DNA from: a virus
Virus record (IMG/VR): IMGVR_UViG_3300044644_001125
Span: 83,623 to 147,622 of that record
DNA: 64,000 nt
Direction: 5' to 3' (one strand)
Shown: one piece after another, positions 27,270 to 36,193 of the stretch
Position numbering within the stretch: position 1 is the first letter of the stretch
How the letters are laid out: each line of letters begins with the position of its first letter
Notes under the pieces: generated by a model
Databases searched by the model: none
What the model was told of the DNA's origin: nothing
What the model saw: only the letters and a program-made list of their open reading frames with translations
Made by a program: the position numbers and the translations under genes

Positions 27270-27686
27270 TTAGTCAAGGCTATTGATGAAATCGGTATAT
27301 TTGGTTTTGTATTTTGGGTTAAGTTGAATCGCTGGTTCGCCTAGTTCGAAACGCCCTTTAATAACTTCTGAAGCATACCAGTAAGAGTATGATGCACCAG
27401 TTGCAATCGCTGGTTCGCCTAGTTCGAAACGTCCATTAATAAAATCAGCATATTCATAAGATGTTTCTGCGTCGGTTGCAATGGCAGGTTCGCCTAGTTC
27501 AAAACGTCCATTGAGTATACTACACGCATAACAGTAAGCACTTCTCGGATCTGATGCAATAATCTCTACAAGTTCTGGAATGCGAGTATGCGTTTCCTCG
27601 TCGGTGTAAGCCTGGCGAATAGTGTCTAAAATATCGAGTGCTGCAAGCGGTGTTGGTTTAGAAGGTAAGGTGAGTTGAAAAGTCAT
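27270..27686 (-). CDS. tandem-repeat protein (3 x ~30 aa INGRFELGEPAIAT..)
   Basis: Protein-level repeats mirrored by DNA repeats gctggttcgcctagttcgaaacg at 27330-27530. Confidence 0.55.
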   Translation of the reverse strand: MTFQLTLPSKPTPLAALDILDTIRQAYTDEETHTRIPELVEIIASDPRSAYCYACSILNGRFELGEPAIATDAETSYEYADFINGRFELGEPAIATGASYSYWYASEVIKGRFELGEPAIQLNPKYKTKYTDFINSLD

Positions 27687-27734
27687 GATTGTTCTCCGAG
27701 GTTGTTTAAGTTGTGGTTAGTATACTGAATTAAT

Positions 27735-27986
27735 TTAGGATGTCAAGTGTTTTTCATTATCTTTTAGATCTCTTACTGGTATGCAGGTTGCTGTATTATG
27801 ATCAAAGTAATTGCAATTTTGAAAAAGTACATTGTACCGGTCTGGTAGTTCAAAGACGTATTCTTTATCTGTCGGTAATCGCCATCCAATTTTACCATCA
27901 ATATTAAGTGAGAAGCAATAGACCAATGCTTCCGAGTAGGTTATTTCTTCTTTGTGATATTCTTCTGGTGCTATTTCGATGGCCAT
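27735..27986 (-). CDS. DUF1566-like small protein (short variant)
   Basis: MAIEIAPEEY..LVYCFSLNIDGKIGWRLPTDKEY..CIPVRDL. Confidence 0.55.
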   Translation of the reverse strand: MAIEIAPEEYHKEEITYSEALVYCFSLNIDGKIGWRLPTDKEYVFELPDRYNVLFQNCNYFDHNTATCIPVRDLKDNEKHLTS

Positions 27987-28082
27987 GCGATTCTCTAAAA
28001 GATAATTGAGTTACCGTGTATTATACCGAAACAATCAATTATGTCAATAACAAAAAAGGGTATCTTTCGATACCCTTGTAGA

Positions 28083-28802
28083 TTAGCAGTTCCACTTTCT
28101 CAGTGCCAGTGCTTTTCTGGTTGGCTTGCCATGTTCATCCTTCATTGGTCCTTTCATACCACTCATTCTAGCACAGAAACTTTTACGTCGTTTGGCTGCT
28201 TTGCTACCTGGTTTGAGTTTACTTGGTTTAGTAGTGACTGCTGTTTGAAGTTTACTTCCAGGGTGTTCTCTGCGATAGCTAGCTACACCTTTCTTGTTCA
28301 AACCACCTCGTTTGTTCTTGCCTTCTTTACGTTGCCAAGCAGCTGTTTCAAAGAGTTCACGATCACTGACTGATTCAAAGTCTTCCCAAATGACGTCACT
28401 ATCAACGTTATGTTGTATGGCTAAACTTTCTACCATGTCTTCGATCATGTCGAACATCTCGTCAACAGTTGGGTTGACTCCTTGGTCTTCTTGACTTTGT
28501 AGGTAATCCCAAACAGAAACCAGCATGCTTTCTGCTTTTGCGATTTTCTCTTGAGCCCATTCTGGTAGGTTTTCATTGTCGTCAATTGTATCGAGAAGCC
28601 CATCAACTGCTCTTCGAAGCGTATGAAGATTGCTGTGAGCCATCCCAGCTTCGTCATCATATTCTGCATTGAAGTTTTCGTTTGGTACACAGTTATTGAC
28701 TCGGATACCACCTTTCATCTTAGTACCTTCTTTGTGTTTGCCCTTCCAACAACTTGGGTCTAGGCGTTGTTTTGATTCTGTAATTAGTTCACTGATGCGC
28801 AT
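28083..28802 (-). CDS. hypothetical protein, MRISELI N-terminus, Lys/Arg-rich Cys-containing C-terminus
   Basis: 239 aa. C-terminal KRRKSFCARMSGMKGP...ALALRKWNC resembles 61224-61484. Confidence 0.55.
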   Translation of the reverse strand: MRISELITESKQRLDPSCWKGKHKEGTKMKGGIRVNNCVPNENFNAEYDDEAGMAHSNLHTLRRAVDGLLDTIDDNENLPEWAQEKIAKAESMLVSVWDYLQSQEDQGVNPTVDEMFDMIEDMVESLAIQHNVDSDVIWEDFESVSDRELFETAAWQRKEGKNKRGGLNKKGVASYRREHPGSKLQTAVTTKPSKLKPGSKAAKRRKSFCARMSGMKGPMKDEHGKPTRKALALRKWNC

Positions 28803-28871
28803 TTTGGTAATCCTCTTAGTTTTGTGTATTTATTTGGTGCTGGTAAGTTAAATACATGTTTAAGGTGTATT

Positions 28872-29588
28872 ATGAGAATCGAAGAAATACTAAGTGAAGT
28901 AAAACTAAAGCCACGCATATCAAATAAGTCTACAAGTGGCGTTTTGAAATCACCGAACTTACAGTTTATCGCAACTGGTACCCAAGCTATTGCGTATTAT
29001 CACAAAACGCATCCGAATACTGTTGTTAAAGTTGCTGCGGTATCTGGTGAAGGAGACCCCATTTGGCAGTTCTTGCGTATTTGCATCAATAATCAAAAGA
29101 ATCCGTATTTTCCAAAAATCTTTAACTACAAGATATTCAATTTAAAATCGATAACCGATGAAGAAGAAGCGTACTTGGAAAACAATCCAGAGTTTGAATA
29201 CTTACCTATTCATGATAATAGAAAGATGCAAATACTAATGGTAACTGAACGGCTTGATGAAATCACTGCACCTGAGTTTGAACAAGCATTGAGTAAACTA
29301 GGATTAGACAAATTGATCAACTATACTAAAAGAAAATGGCAACCTGGTTACAGCTATCCATTAACAACAGAACTAATATGGAAAATGTTAATGGATAAAG
29401 AAGTTGGTAGACGGTATTTACGGTCTGAATCAACTGACAAGCACTTTTCGGATGCCATTAGGCTATTGAGTCCATTGATAGCAACCGGTAGAATGTATGC
29501 TGATGTTCATCTTGGGAATATGATGTTGAGAAAAGATGGGCATTTGGTATTTAATGATCCACTAGCTATTACCCTTTCAGATGAATAG
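28872..29588 (+). CDS. hypothetical protein (MRIEEIL N-terminus)
   Basis: Start at second ATG, with AAGGTG SD. The six-frame ORF begins 48 nt earlier. Confidence 0.55.
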   Translation: MRIEEILSEVKLKPRISNKSTSGVLKSPNLQFIATGTQAIAYYHKTHPNTVVKVAAVSGEGDPIWQFLRICINNQKNPYFPKIFNYKIFNLKSITDEEEAYLENNPEFEYLPIHDNRKMQILMVTERLDEITAPEFEQALSKLGLDKLINYTKRKWQPGYSYPLTTELIWKMLMDKEVGRRYLRSESTDKHFSDAIRLLSPLIATGRMYADVHLGNMMLRKDGHLVFNDPLAITLSDE

Positions 29589-29612
29589 CAAACTCACATT
29601 CTCGGCAGGGAA

Positions 29613-29858
29613 CTAATCGACATCTCGCACTGGATAGCAAAAGTACTTTACGGTATCCAGTTCCGAATCCATCAATGATGGTTTGTCTTCTTGCACCCAA
29701 CCAATAGACAGCACTGGTTTGCTATTGCTATCGCGGAAGTCTTTATACGATGGTATTCTCCAACCAATCTTACCATCGATGTTTAATGAAAAGCAATATA
29801 GTATTGATTCGTTCCACGTTATTTTTTTGTGGTATTCTTCTGGTGCTATTTCGATCAT
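29613..29858 (-). CDS. DUF1566-like small protein (short variant)
   Basis: MIEIAPEEYHKKITWNESILYCFSLNIDGKIGWRIPS..YPVRDVD. Confidence 0.55.
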   Translation of the reverse strand: MIEIAPEEYHKKITWNESILYCFSLNIDGKIGWRIPSYKDFRDSNSKPVLSIGWVQEDKPSLMDSELDTVKYFCYPVRDVD

Positions 29859-29912
29859 TGGTTTTCTCTAAAAGATAATAAACAAACAGTCTACATTATC
29901 TTTTAGTTTCGG

Positions 29913-30719
29913 TCAACTTAAACTTGATTGATAATCAGTAAGATGTTGGTAGATTGATTTCAAGTATCTGCGGTATACTTTCTCGTAGCCTGGTTCTTGT
30001 CTATTCTTAAAATCAGAATAGGTAGTTGCTTGCTTTGGAATTTCTTTTAGGAATACAGTAATAGCAGTGGCTTGTTCAGCTACAGGTAACTTGTGTATCT
30101 TATTGATTAGATCCGATGCAGCTTCTTGTGCGTATGCTGCTATTTCATCAGGTTGAGATTTGTAGATTTCGTGTGCTCTTACTTTCTCTTCTTCTGATTT
30201 GAATTCATCTTGAATCAAGGCTGTAAAGAATTTGATTTTGTCTTTTTCAATATAGCCACGTTTGTATTTGTATCGTTGTCCGTGACTTACTTGCGTAGCA
30301 TGAGTAACTTCATGCAGGAATACTGAAGTCAAGTAACCAATGATAGTATCTAGTTCAGTAGAAACGTCAATCTTTTCTGTCAACTGTTTATATAGCAGTG
30401 TGATAAGTTTTGAAAGTACTTTAGGTGAAATAGTTATCGTGTTGGTGTCTTCGAGGTACTGGCCGGTTCCATTGGGTAGGGATTTAAACTGAATAGTAAC
30501 CTCACTGTTTGTTATTTGTTTTGCGTAATCTGTTAGAATAGGTTTGATCGCATTAACAAACGCAGTATTGTACTTGACCATAAACTGCATATCCATTTTC
30601 GCTGGCGGTTGCGTTGGCGTTTTGAATATCGTTGCAACAGCGGTGTGTAATGCTCGGTTAATCGTTGGTGTGTAGTTTGATAACGATATACGTTCACTTA
30701 AGATTTCTGCGATTCTCAT
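29913..30719 (-). CDS. hypothetical protein with HExxH motif (possible metallopeptidase-like), MRIAEIL N-terminus
   Basis: VFLHEVTHATQVSHG. 4-nt overlap with upstream gene. Confidence 0.55.
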   Translation of the reverse strand: MRIAEILSERISLSNYTPTINRALHTAVATIFKTPTQPPAKMDMQFMVKYNTAFVNAIKPILTDYAKQITNSEVTIQFKSLPNGTGQYLEDTNTITISPKVLSKLITLLYKQLTEKIDVSTELDTIIGYLTSVFLHEVTHATQVSHGQRYKYKRGYIEKDKIKFFTALIQDEFKSEEEKVRAHEIYKSQPDEIAAYAQEAASDLINKIHKLPVAEQATAITVFLKEIPKQATTYSDFKNRQEPGYEKVYRRYLKSIYQHLTDYQSSLS

Positions 30720-31528
30720 ACTGATGCCTTTCTTGTAAGGATGAAGCTATCACCGTAGGTTTCGATATTCCAAGTATTAGAAAAGAACTTGTTAAGGATT
30801 TTAGAATAGACTGCGAATCTACGATTTTGTCTAACGTGTACGCCTTCTGGTGAGTAACTAGTGATCACTGACATGAATCGTTCTAGTTGTTTGAAGGCTT
30901 CGTTCATCTCTGGATATTTGCTGAGTTTCATGTCAGCAGCTTTGCGTATTTGCCAGTATAGTTTATCAAACTCACTTGAACTATATTTTTCAACTGGCTG
31001 GGTAAGATATTGTTTGATTGCCTCGATTGTTTCTAATACCAGGTTGTACTTATTCTTTCTAATCTCATCTTCTTCAGTTTTTAGTAACTCGTTTGTCACT
31101 GAACTTAAACCTTGCAATGATGCGAGTAATTCTCTTTTAGGTCTTTCTACTGGTATATTGAATTTGTGTTTGGTATCACTAGGAGTTGAATGCGCAGAGA
31201 AAGTGCACCGGTCGATTTTGGCTTTGTCGAGATAGGTTTTAACGATGTAGCCAACCCCAGATAGAATATCAAAATCATTATCAATATCTTTTCCTTCAGT
31301 CGATGCGGTATCATACATTGTACCATTAACATAGAAAACAACATCGGTTGTTTTCTCATCGCCATCGGTTGTTGTTTTGAATTGAATGTCTACTTGATTA
31401 CCTTTGTTTGTGGTAAAAGTACGTTGTGCTATTTTGTTCTTAGAACCTTGCATACCGGCTTTTGATACAGTTGAACTTTTAACTGTAGTTAAAGGTTTCT
31501 TTGGTTCTAGTAGTTCGTGAATTCGCAT
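30716..31528 (-). CDS. hypothetical protein (MRIHELL N-terminus)
   Basis: 270-aa ORF. Confidence 0.55.
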   Translation of the reverse strand: MRIHELLEPKKPLTTVKSSTVSKAGMQGSKNKIAQRTFTTNKGNQVDIQFKTTTDGDEKTTDVVFYVNGTMYDTASTEGKDIDNDFDILSGVGYIVKTYLDKAKIDRCTFSAHSTPSDTKHKFNIPVERPKRELLASLQGLSSVTNELLKTEEDEIRKNKYNLVLETIEAIKQYLTQPVEKYSSSEFDKLYWQIRKAADMKLSKYPEMNEAFKQLERFMSVITSYSPEGVHVRQNRRFAVYSKILNKFFSNTWNIETYGDSFILTRKASV

Positions 31529-31589
31529 TGGATAATGTCCTCTTTTGGTATTGAAGTATTTATGGAGGACATTATCTTTTAGGTTGTGG

Positions 31590-32378
31590 TTACTTCGACA
31601 TCGAGAACATAGTCATGTCGTGGGGGATAAGAATAGTTTGAACTTTTCCATCTCTTACTGCTTCAGCAATAGTTACCTGAGCAGTTGCTAACATATAGTC
31701 AATAGCACCTTTATTCGCATTTAACACTGCAATTCGTTCTGCTTCTTGTTTAGCAGTTTGTACTTCAATCTCTTTTTGTTTGTATGCGTTTTTAGCACGA
31801 ACTAGAGAGTTTGCAGAATCTACCACCGTATCAGCTGGAGTAATACTACGTACTAGAACTTGGCTAATAGTCAAAGCAGTATCTAATTTTTCATCCCTTA
31901 AGGTTTGAACAATAGTATCTTTGACTTCTTGTTCGATGGCTTGTCTTGCATCACTCATGTCCAACGCATCATACTTTCTTGCCGACTTGTAAACTGCATT
32001 ACGTGCGGCTGCTGTGATGTAATTGTACATTAGATACGTATCACCATGAGTGTCAGTGGTATTGAATGAACGATTCTTAGTTGAGTAAAGTTCAGCCACT
32101 GAATCTGGATTAACATTGTAGATGACTACAAGATCAAAGTCTTTCATGGTTGAGTTGTCTTTTGCTACTGGCGTTAAATCATCAATTGAAACACCAACAT
32201 CCTTGACTGGGATAGTAATCACATCACCAAGTAGAACTTGATTGAATGAGCCTGGTTGTAACTCATCAAGTTCAACTTGTTTGGATACATTGACACGAAC
32301 ACCTCGATGCCCAGATTCGATACGTGTACAACCAGTGGCTAAGATAGTTGCGAGTAATACTAATAGTAGTTTGTTCAT
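31590..32378 (-). CDS. SPFH/band-7-like lipoprotein
   Basis: Start at MNKLLLVLLATILATGC (lipobox). C-terminal region with coiled AERIAVLNANKGAIDY segment typical of SPFH proteins. Confidence 0.55.
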   Translation of the reverse strand: MNKLLLVLLATILATGCTRIESGHRGVRVNVSKQVELDELQPGSFNQVLLGDVITIPVKDVGVSIDDLTPVAKDNSTMKDFDLVVIYNVNPDSVAELYSTKNRSFNTTDTHGDTYLMYNYITAAARNAVYKSARKYDALDMSDARQAIEQEVKDTIVQTLRDEKLDTALTISQVLVRSITPADTVVDSANSLVRAKNAYKQKEIEVQTAKQEAERIAVLNANKGAIDYMLATAQVTIAEAVRDGKVQTILIPHDMTMFSMSK

Positions 32379-32561
32379 TTTGTTTTCCTTAGAATAAGAA
32401 TACAACTGTCATAAGAACAGTAATGGTTAAAATTGCGCATTGTGCTACCAATGCGAGTAGATATTTTGCAAGTTTGATCTGATCATCAGTCATTTGCCTT
32501 AATACTAAAGTACCCAAGAAAAATGCGATGAATACAATTAAGAATATTAACGTGGTTTTGA

Positions 32562-32870
32562 TCATGTTAGATCCTTAGAAGATAATATCAGTTGTTGAAT
32601 AGCTTTGCCAAACTCTTCTTTAGTTTGTGGTAGCGGAATACTTTCACCAGAACTGTTAGCCCAACGATCAAAATGTTCCAATGGACAAGAAACTTGGAAT
32701 CTGAGTTCTCCGTTTTCTGGTACCAAGAAACGCCATCTGCGATCATTGCCAATAAAGTAAGGTGGGTACTTTGAGAATATCTGTCTCCATAATTTTGATT
32801 TTCTCGTACCTTCTGGTTTTAAACCGTTTGAATTAAGCCAGCGTTTAAAGTCTCTGTGAAGTTTTTGCAT
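32562..32870 (-). CDS. hypothetical basic protein
   Basis: 102-aa ORF. Confidence 0.5.
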   Translation of the reverse strand: MQKLHRDFKRWLNSNGLKPEGTRKSKLWRQIFSKYPPYFIGNDRRWRFLVPENGELRFQVSCPLEHFDRWANSSGESIPLPQTKEEFGKAIQQLILSSKDLT

Positions 32871-32928
32871 GTTGTACTCCTGTGTTAAGTTAAGAGTATT
32901 ATACCTGTAGTTGACTGGATGTCAACTA

Positions 32929-33165
32929 CTATTCGTCGAGGTCGTCCATGTATTCCATGTCTTGCTGAATCATATCGTACATACTACTGTAGCAGGTTGG
33001 ACAAAATGCAACTGGAAGTATTCCAAAGTATCCTTGAATTCCGCCCTCGTCATCCGAAAATTCGCAAGAACAAACATTGCAAATATGGTCGGTACCTATA
33101 TGTGAAAATTGTTCAATCATGTGTAACTCCATTGTGTTCATTGTTAAGGAGTGGTTATTATACAT
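32929..33165 (-). CDS. Cys-rich zinc-ribbon small protein
   Basis: CNVCSCEF...CPTCYSS. Confidence 0.45.
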   Translation of the reverse strand: MYNNHSLTMNTMELHMIEQFSHIGTDHICNVCSCEFSDDEGGIQGYFGILPVAFCPTCYSSMYDMIQQDMEYMDDLDE

Positions 33166-33228
33166 AAGGGCGACTGGATGTCAAGAGTTTTTGGTGTGGA
33201 TATAACGAGAACAGGGGGCTCACCTACT

Positions 33229-33453
33229 TCAATCATCTTTTAGATCTCTTACTGGCGTTACGTACCACTTACCCTTACCAGAAGTTCTTCCAATGCACCA
33301 GCACATAGAATTGGTAATTCCCTTAGTATTCATGTATTCGTCGATGGTTGGTAATCTCCAACCGATTTTACCATCGATGATTAACGAAAAGCAATACATC
33401 AATGCTTCCTCATACGTCATTTCGAATTTTGTTCGTTCACCTATTTCAATCAT
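33229..33453 (-). CDS. DUF1566-like small protein
   Basis: MIEIGERTKF..MYCFSLIIDGKIGWRLPTIDEY..YVTPVRDLKDD. In a tandem quartet with 4-8 nt overlaps. Confidence 0.6.
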   Translation of the reverse strand: MIEIGERTKFEMTYEEALMYCFSLIIDGKIGWRLPTIDEYMNTKGITNSMCWCIGRTSGKGKWYVTPVRDLKDD

Positions 33454-33694
33454 CTTTTAGATCTCTTACTGGAGTAACATACCACACAATATTCGCTGTA
33501 GGTCTACCAACGTACCACGAGCCGTATATATACTTATTGCCGTAATATTCCTCTTGCGTTGGCAATCTCCAACCTATCTTACCATCAATATTAAGTGAGA
33601 AGCAATACATAACGGCTTCTTCATGCGACAGTTCGACTTCTGTTCTTATGGCTACTTCAATCATTTCAAATCTCTTACTGGAGTTACGTACCAT
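33446..33694 (-). CDS. DUF1566-like small protein
   Basis: Same motif set; coupled to neighbours. Confidence 0.6.
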   Translation of the reverse strand: MVRNSSKRFEMIEVAIRTEVELSHEEAVMYCFSLNIDGKIGWRLPTQEEYYGNKYIYGSWYVGRPTANIVWYVTPVRDLKDD

Positions 33695-33870
33695 TTAAGA
33701 CCCATATTTCTACTAAGATGCCAAGACTCGGTAATCTTCGAATTCTGCATGTATTCGTTACTTGTTGGCATTCTCCAACCAATCTTACCATCTACGTTTA
33801 ATGAAAAGCAATACATCCTTGCTTCGTCGTATGTCATTAGAAATTTAGTTCGTTCACCTATTTCAATCAT
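33661..33870 (-). CDS. DUF1566-like small protein
   Basis: Same motif set. Confidence 0.6.
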   Translation of the reverse strand: MIEIGERTKFLMTYDEARMYCFSLNVDGKIGWRMPTSNEYMQNSKITESWHLSRNMGLKWYVTPVRDLK

Positions 33871-34100
33871 CGCAAATCCCTCACTGGCGTAACTCGTCGT
33901 GGAAAAGTACTATCACTTGCCAACTTGTTTTCGTACCATCCGGCAATAGGTGGAATGATTTCCCATTCATCGTAGCTTGGTAATCTCCAACCAATCTTAC
34001 AATCATAAGATAAGGTAAAGCAATACAGTTTTGCTTCGGAATATGACATGGCGGATTCTGACAGTGGTGCTAGTTCAATCCCAAATTCTTCAATTATCAT
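33867..34100 (-). CDS. DUF1566-like small protein
   Basis: LYCFTLSYDCKIGWRLPSYDEW..RVTPVRDLR. Confidence 0.6.
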   Translation of the reverse strand: MIIEEFGIELAPLSESAMSYSEAKLYCFTLSYDCKIGWRLPSYDEWEIIPPIAGWYENKLASDSTFPRRVTPVRDLR

Positions 34101-34104
34101 AGCT

Positions 34105-34473
34105 TCACCACTTCAATGCAGTTTTTAATTCAAATTCTTTGTATGCGATATCAGCAATTGGAATTTCATATCGCATGGCTTTTGCTGCTATAACTGCTAA
34201 GTCTCCATTGCAAGAAATAAACTTAAACAACTTGTCTTCACACTCATAGAAGATATCAGCATCTTGTAGTTTCTCTAGGGTAGAAGTATGAATCAAGTAT
34301 TTCAAACAGTTGTTACCAAACTCATATTCTAGTTTGCCAATGATTTTGTTTGGTACAAGTTTATGAACTACGCCTTTGTTTGTTTCTAGTGTTAATAGTT
34401 TTACAGTATCGAATTCCACATGGGTTCTTTGTACTGTATACCAATCGTGATAATGCCATTTGTTTTCTGCCAT
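34105..34473 (-). CDS. hypothetical protein
   Basis: 122-aa ORF. Confidence 0.5.
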   Translation of the reverse strand: MAENKWHYHDWYTVQRTHVEFDTVKLLTLETNKGVVHKLVPNKIIGKLEYEFGNNCLKYLIHTSTLEKLQDADIFYECEDKLFKFISCNGDLAVIAAKAMRYEIPIADIAYKEFELKTALKW

Positions 34474-34520
34474 TTGATTTTCCTTTGGTTATTTTCTAAA
34501 AGATAATAGCTTACTTTGGT

Positions 34521-34748
34521 TTAATTGTCAATGCTTCGTACTGGGATAATTGTATGCGTTTCTGTAGTCCAATTGTCATTGATGTCTTCATCATACCAAT
34601 AACCGTCTTCATTTGTCATTATAACAAGCGACGTCAGGCATTCTTCACATGTGGGTAATCTCCAACCATCACCTAAACAAAAACAATACAAGACTGCTTC
34701 TGTGATGGTACCCTCTTTCCACAATACTCTAGGTGCTATTTCAATCAT
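34521..34748 (-). CDS. DUF1566-like small protein (degenerate)
   Basis: MIEIAPRVLWKEG..LYCFCLGDGWRLPTCEEC..IIPVRSIDN. Confidence 0.55.
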   Translation of the reverse strand: MIEIAPRVLWKEGTITEAVLYCFCLGDGWRLPTCEECLTSLVIMTNEDGYWYDEDINDNWTTETHTIIPVRSIDN

Positions 34749-34965
34749 CTTTTAGATCTCGTACTGGGGCAAGCAACCAGTTACCTTTACTGGGTCTGGG
34801 TCTACCAATATACCAACAACCCATTAATTGATCGTTACCATACCATTCATCTTTGGTTGGTAATCTCCATCCAGTCTTACCATCTATATTCAACAAAAAG
34901 CAATACATAATTGCTTCCTCGTAAGATAGTCTTAATTCACGGTCAATTGGTGCTATCTCAATCAT
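34741..34965 (-). CDS. DUF1566-like small protein
   Basis: Start moved to MIEIAPIDREL; the longer six-frame ORF lacks family features upstream. Confidence 0.55.
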   Translation of the reverse strand: MIEIAPIDRELRLSYEEAIMYCFLLNIDGKTGWRLPTKDEWYGNDQLMGCWYIGRPRPSKGNWLLAPVRDLKDD

Positions 34966-35203
34966 CGTCAGGTACCTCGCGAACAGGTTGTAAAAAGTAA
35001 ACGTCATCAGGATTGTACCACTGTTTACGGTCAACGTACAACCAATCACGGTCAACGTACCACCAATCACTGTACATTTCGTATAGTAAGCATTCATCCA
35101 AGGTTGGAAAACGCCAACCATCAGCTAGGCAAAACAGGTAGAATTTTGCATCTTCGTAAGTTACTCTTGTTGTGGTTGGCTTACCCATTTCTAATCTAAT
35201 CAT
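34958..35203 (-). CDS. DUF1566-like small protein
   Basis: Start moved to MIRLEMGKPTT. FYLFCLADGWRFPTLDEC..LQPVREVPDDD. Confidence 0.5.
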   Translation of the reverse strand: MIRLEMGKPTTTRVTYEDAKFYLFCLADGWRFPTLDECLLYEMYSDWWYVDRDWLYVDRKQWYNPDDVYFLQPVREVPDDD

Positions 35204-35399
35204 CTTTAATATCTCGCACTGGTCTAACAAAAAACGTACTAACTTGTGAGATTCTATCAACATACCAAGAACCTTGCAATTCATACTCAATGTATTCGGC
35301 TTCAGTTGGCAATCTCCAACCATCACCCAAGCAAAAACAATATAAGATTGCCTCGTCATACGTGATTCGTTTGTTATAGTACTTCCCAATCTCAATCAT
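35196..35399 (-). CDS. DUF1566-like small protein
   Basis: MIEIGKYYNKRITYDEAILYCFCLGDGWRLPTEAEY..VRPVRDIKDD. Confidence 0.55.
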   Translation of the reverse strand: MIEIGKYYNKRITYDEAILYCFCLGDGWRLPTEAEYIEYELQGSWYVDRISQVSTFFVRPVRDIKDD

Positions 35400-35634
35400 C
35401 GTCAACATCTCTCACTGGTACAAGTGGGCATAACCCAACACTATGAATCGAGTCTTCAGCAACCCAGGCATGTATTATGGTTGGCGATTCACCGTGGATA
35501 ACAGCCATGATGTTGTTAAGTTCACGTCTAGTCGGTAGTCGCCATCCAATATCTAATTTTAATAGATGCAATTCTGCATCGGATCGTGATATATTATGGG
35601 TTGGGCGTAATTCTATTGGCGATACTTCTATCAT
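35392..35634 (-). CDS. DUF1566-like small protein (divergent)
   Basis: MIEVSPIEL..LHLLKLDIGWRLPTRREL..LVPVRDVDDD. Confidence 0.5.
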   Translation of the reverse strand: MIEVSPIELRPTHNISRSDAELHLLKLDIGWRLPTRRELNNIMAVIHGESPTIIHAWVAEDSIHSVGLCPLVPVRDVDDD

Positions 35635-35684
35635 TGGTAGCCCTCGGTTGGTGGCTTACTAAACCTTAATAAGCCACCAGGTTA

Positions 35685-35915
35685 TTAAAGGTTAGGTAAT
35701 ACCCAGTTGTTAATGATGAGTAATATCCCACCAAGAATCAACAATGGTCCTAAAACCAATCTTGTAACATAACCACAGATTTCACTATCAACCACAGGTT
35801 CTTCTGATTGAACTTCTGGTTTGATACGATTTTTGTTTGATTCTTTTAAAGCCATGATTGTCTCCGTTTGTAATTTAGAAAGGGCTATTCTATCGAACAA
35901 TCTATCGGTTGTCAA
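35685..35915 (-). CDS. small membrane protein
   Basis: C-terminal hydrophobic helix. Confidence 0.45.
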   Translation of the reverse strand: MTTDRLFDRIALSKLQTETIMALKESNKNRIKPEVQSEEPVVDSEICGYVTRLVLGPLLILGGILLIINNWVLPNL

Positions 35916-35966
35916 CTACAAAACAGCACCTAAATATAACTAATCTTACCACAAAGGAAACCAAAC

Positions 35967-36191
35967 ATGAGAGCAGCAGAGTTTATGCGAACCCTGGCGG
36001 ATTTAATCGACCAGCTAGAAAACAAAACCGATGATACTAAATCATCTGAATCAGAAACACCAATGGATTCTGGTGATATAATGGTACCACCTCTACAGCA
36101 AAAGATCGAGTTGATGAAAAAGATGACAAACTCGGATGATGATAACTTTAATACAGCAGCGGCTGAAGAAGACGAACCATTCGAAGGATAA
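35967..36191 (+). CDS. hypothetical acidic protein
   Basis: AAAGGAAACCAAAC-ATG SD. Immediately precedes the tail fibre gene. Confidence 0.45.
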   Translation: MRAAEFMRTLADLIDQLENKTDDTKSSESETPMDSGDIMVPPLQQKIELMKKMTNSDDDNFNTAAAEEDEPFEG

Positions 36192-36193
36192 CA

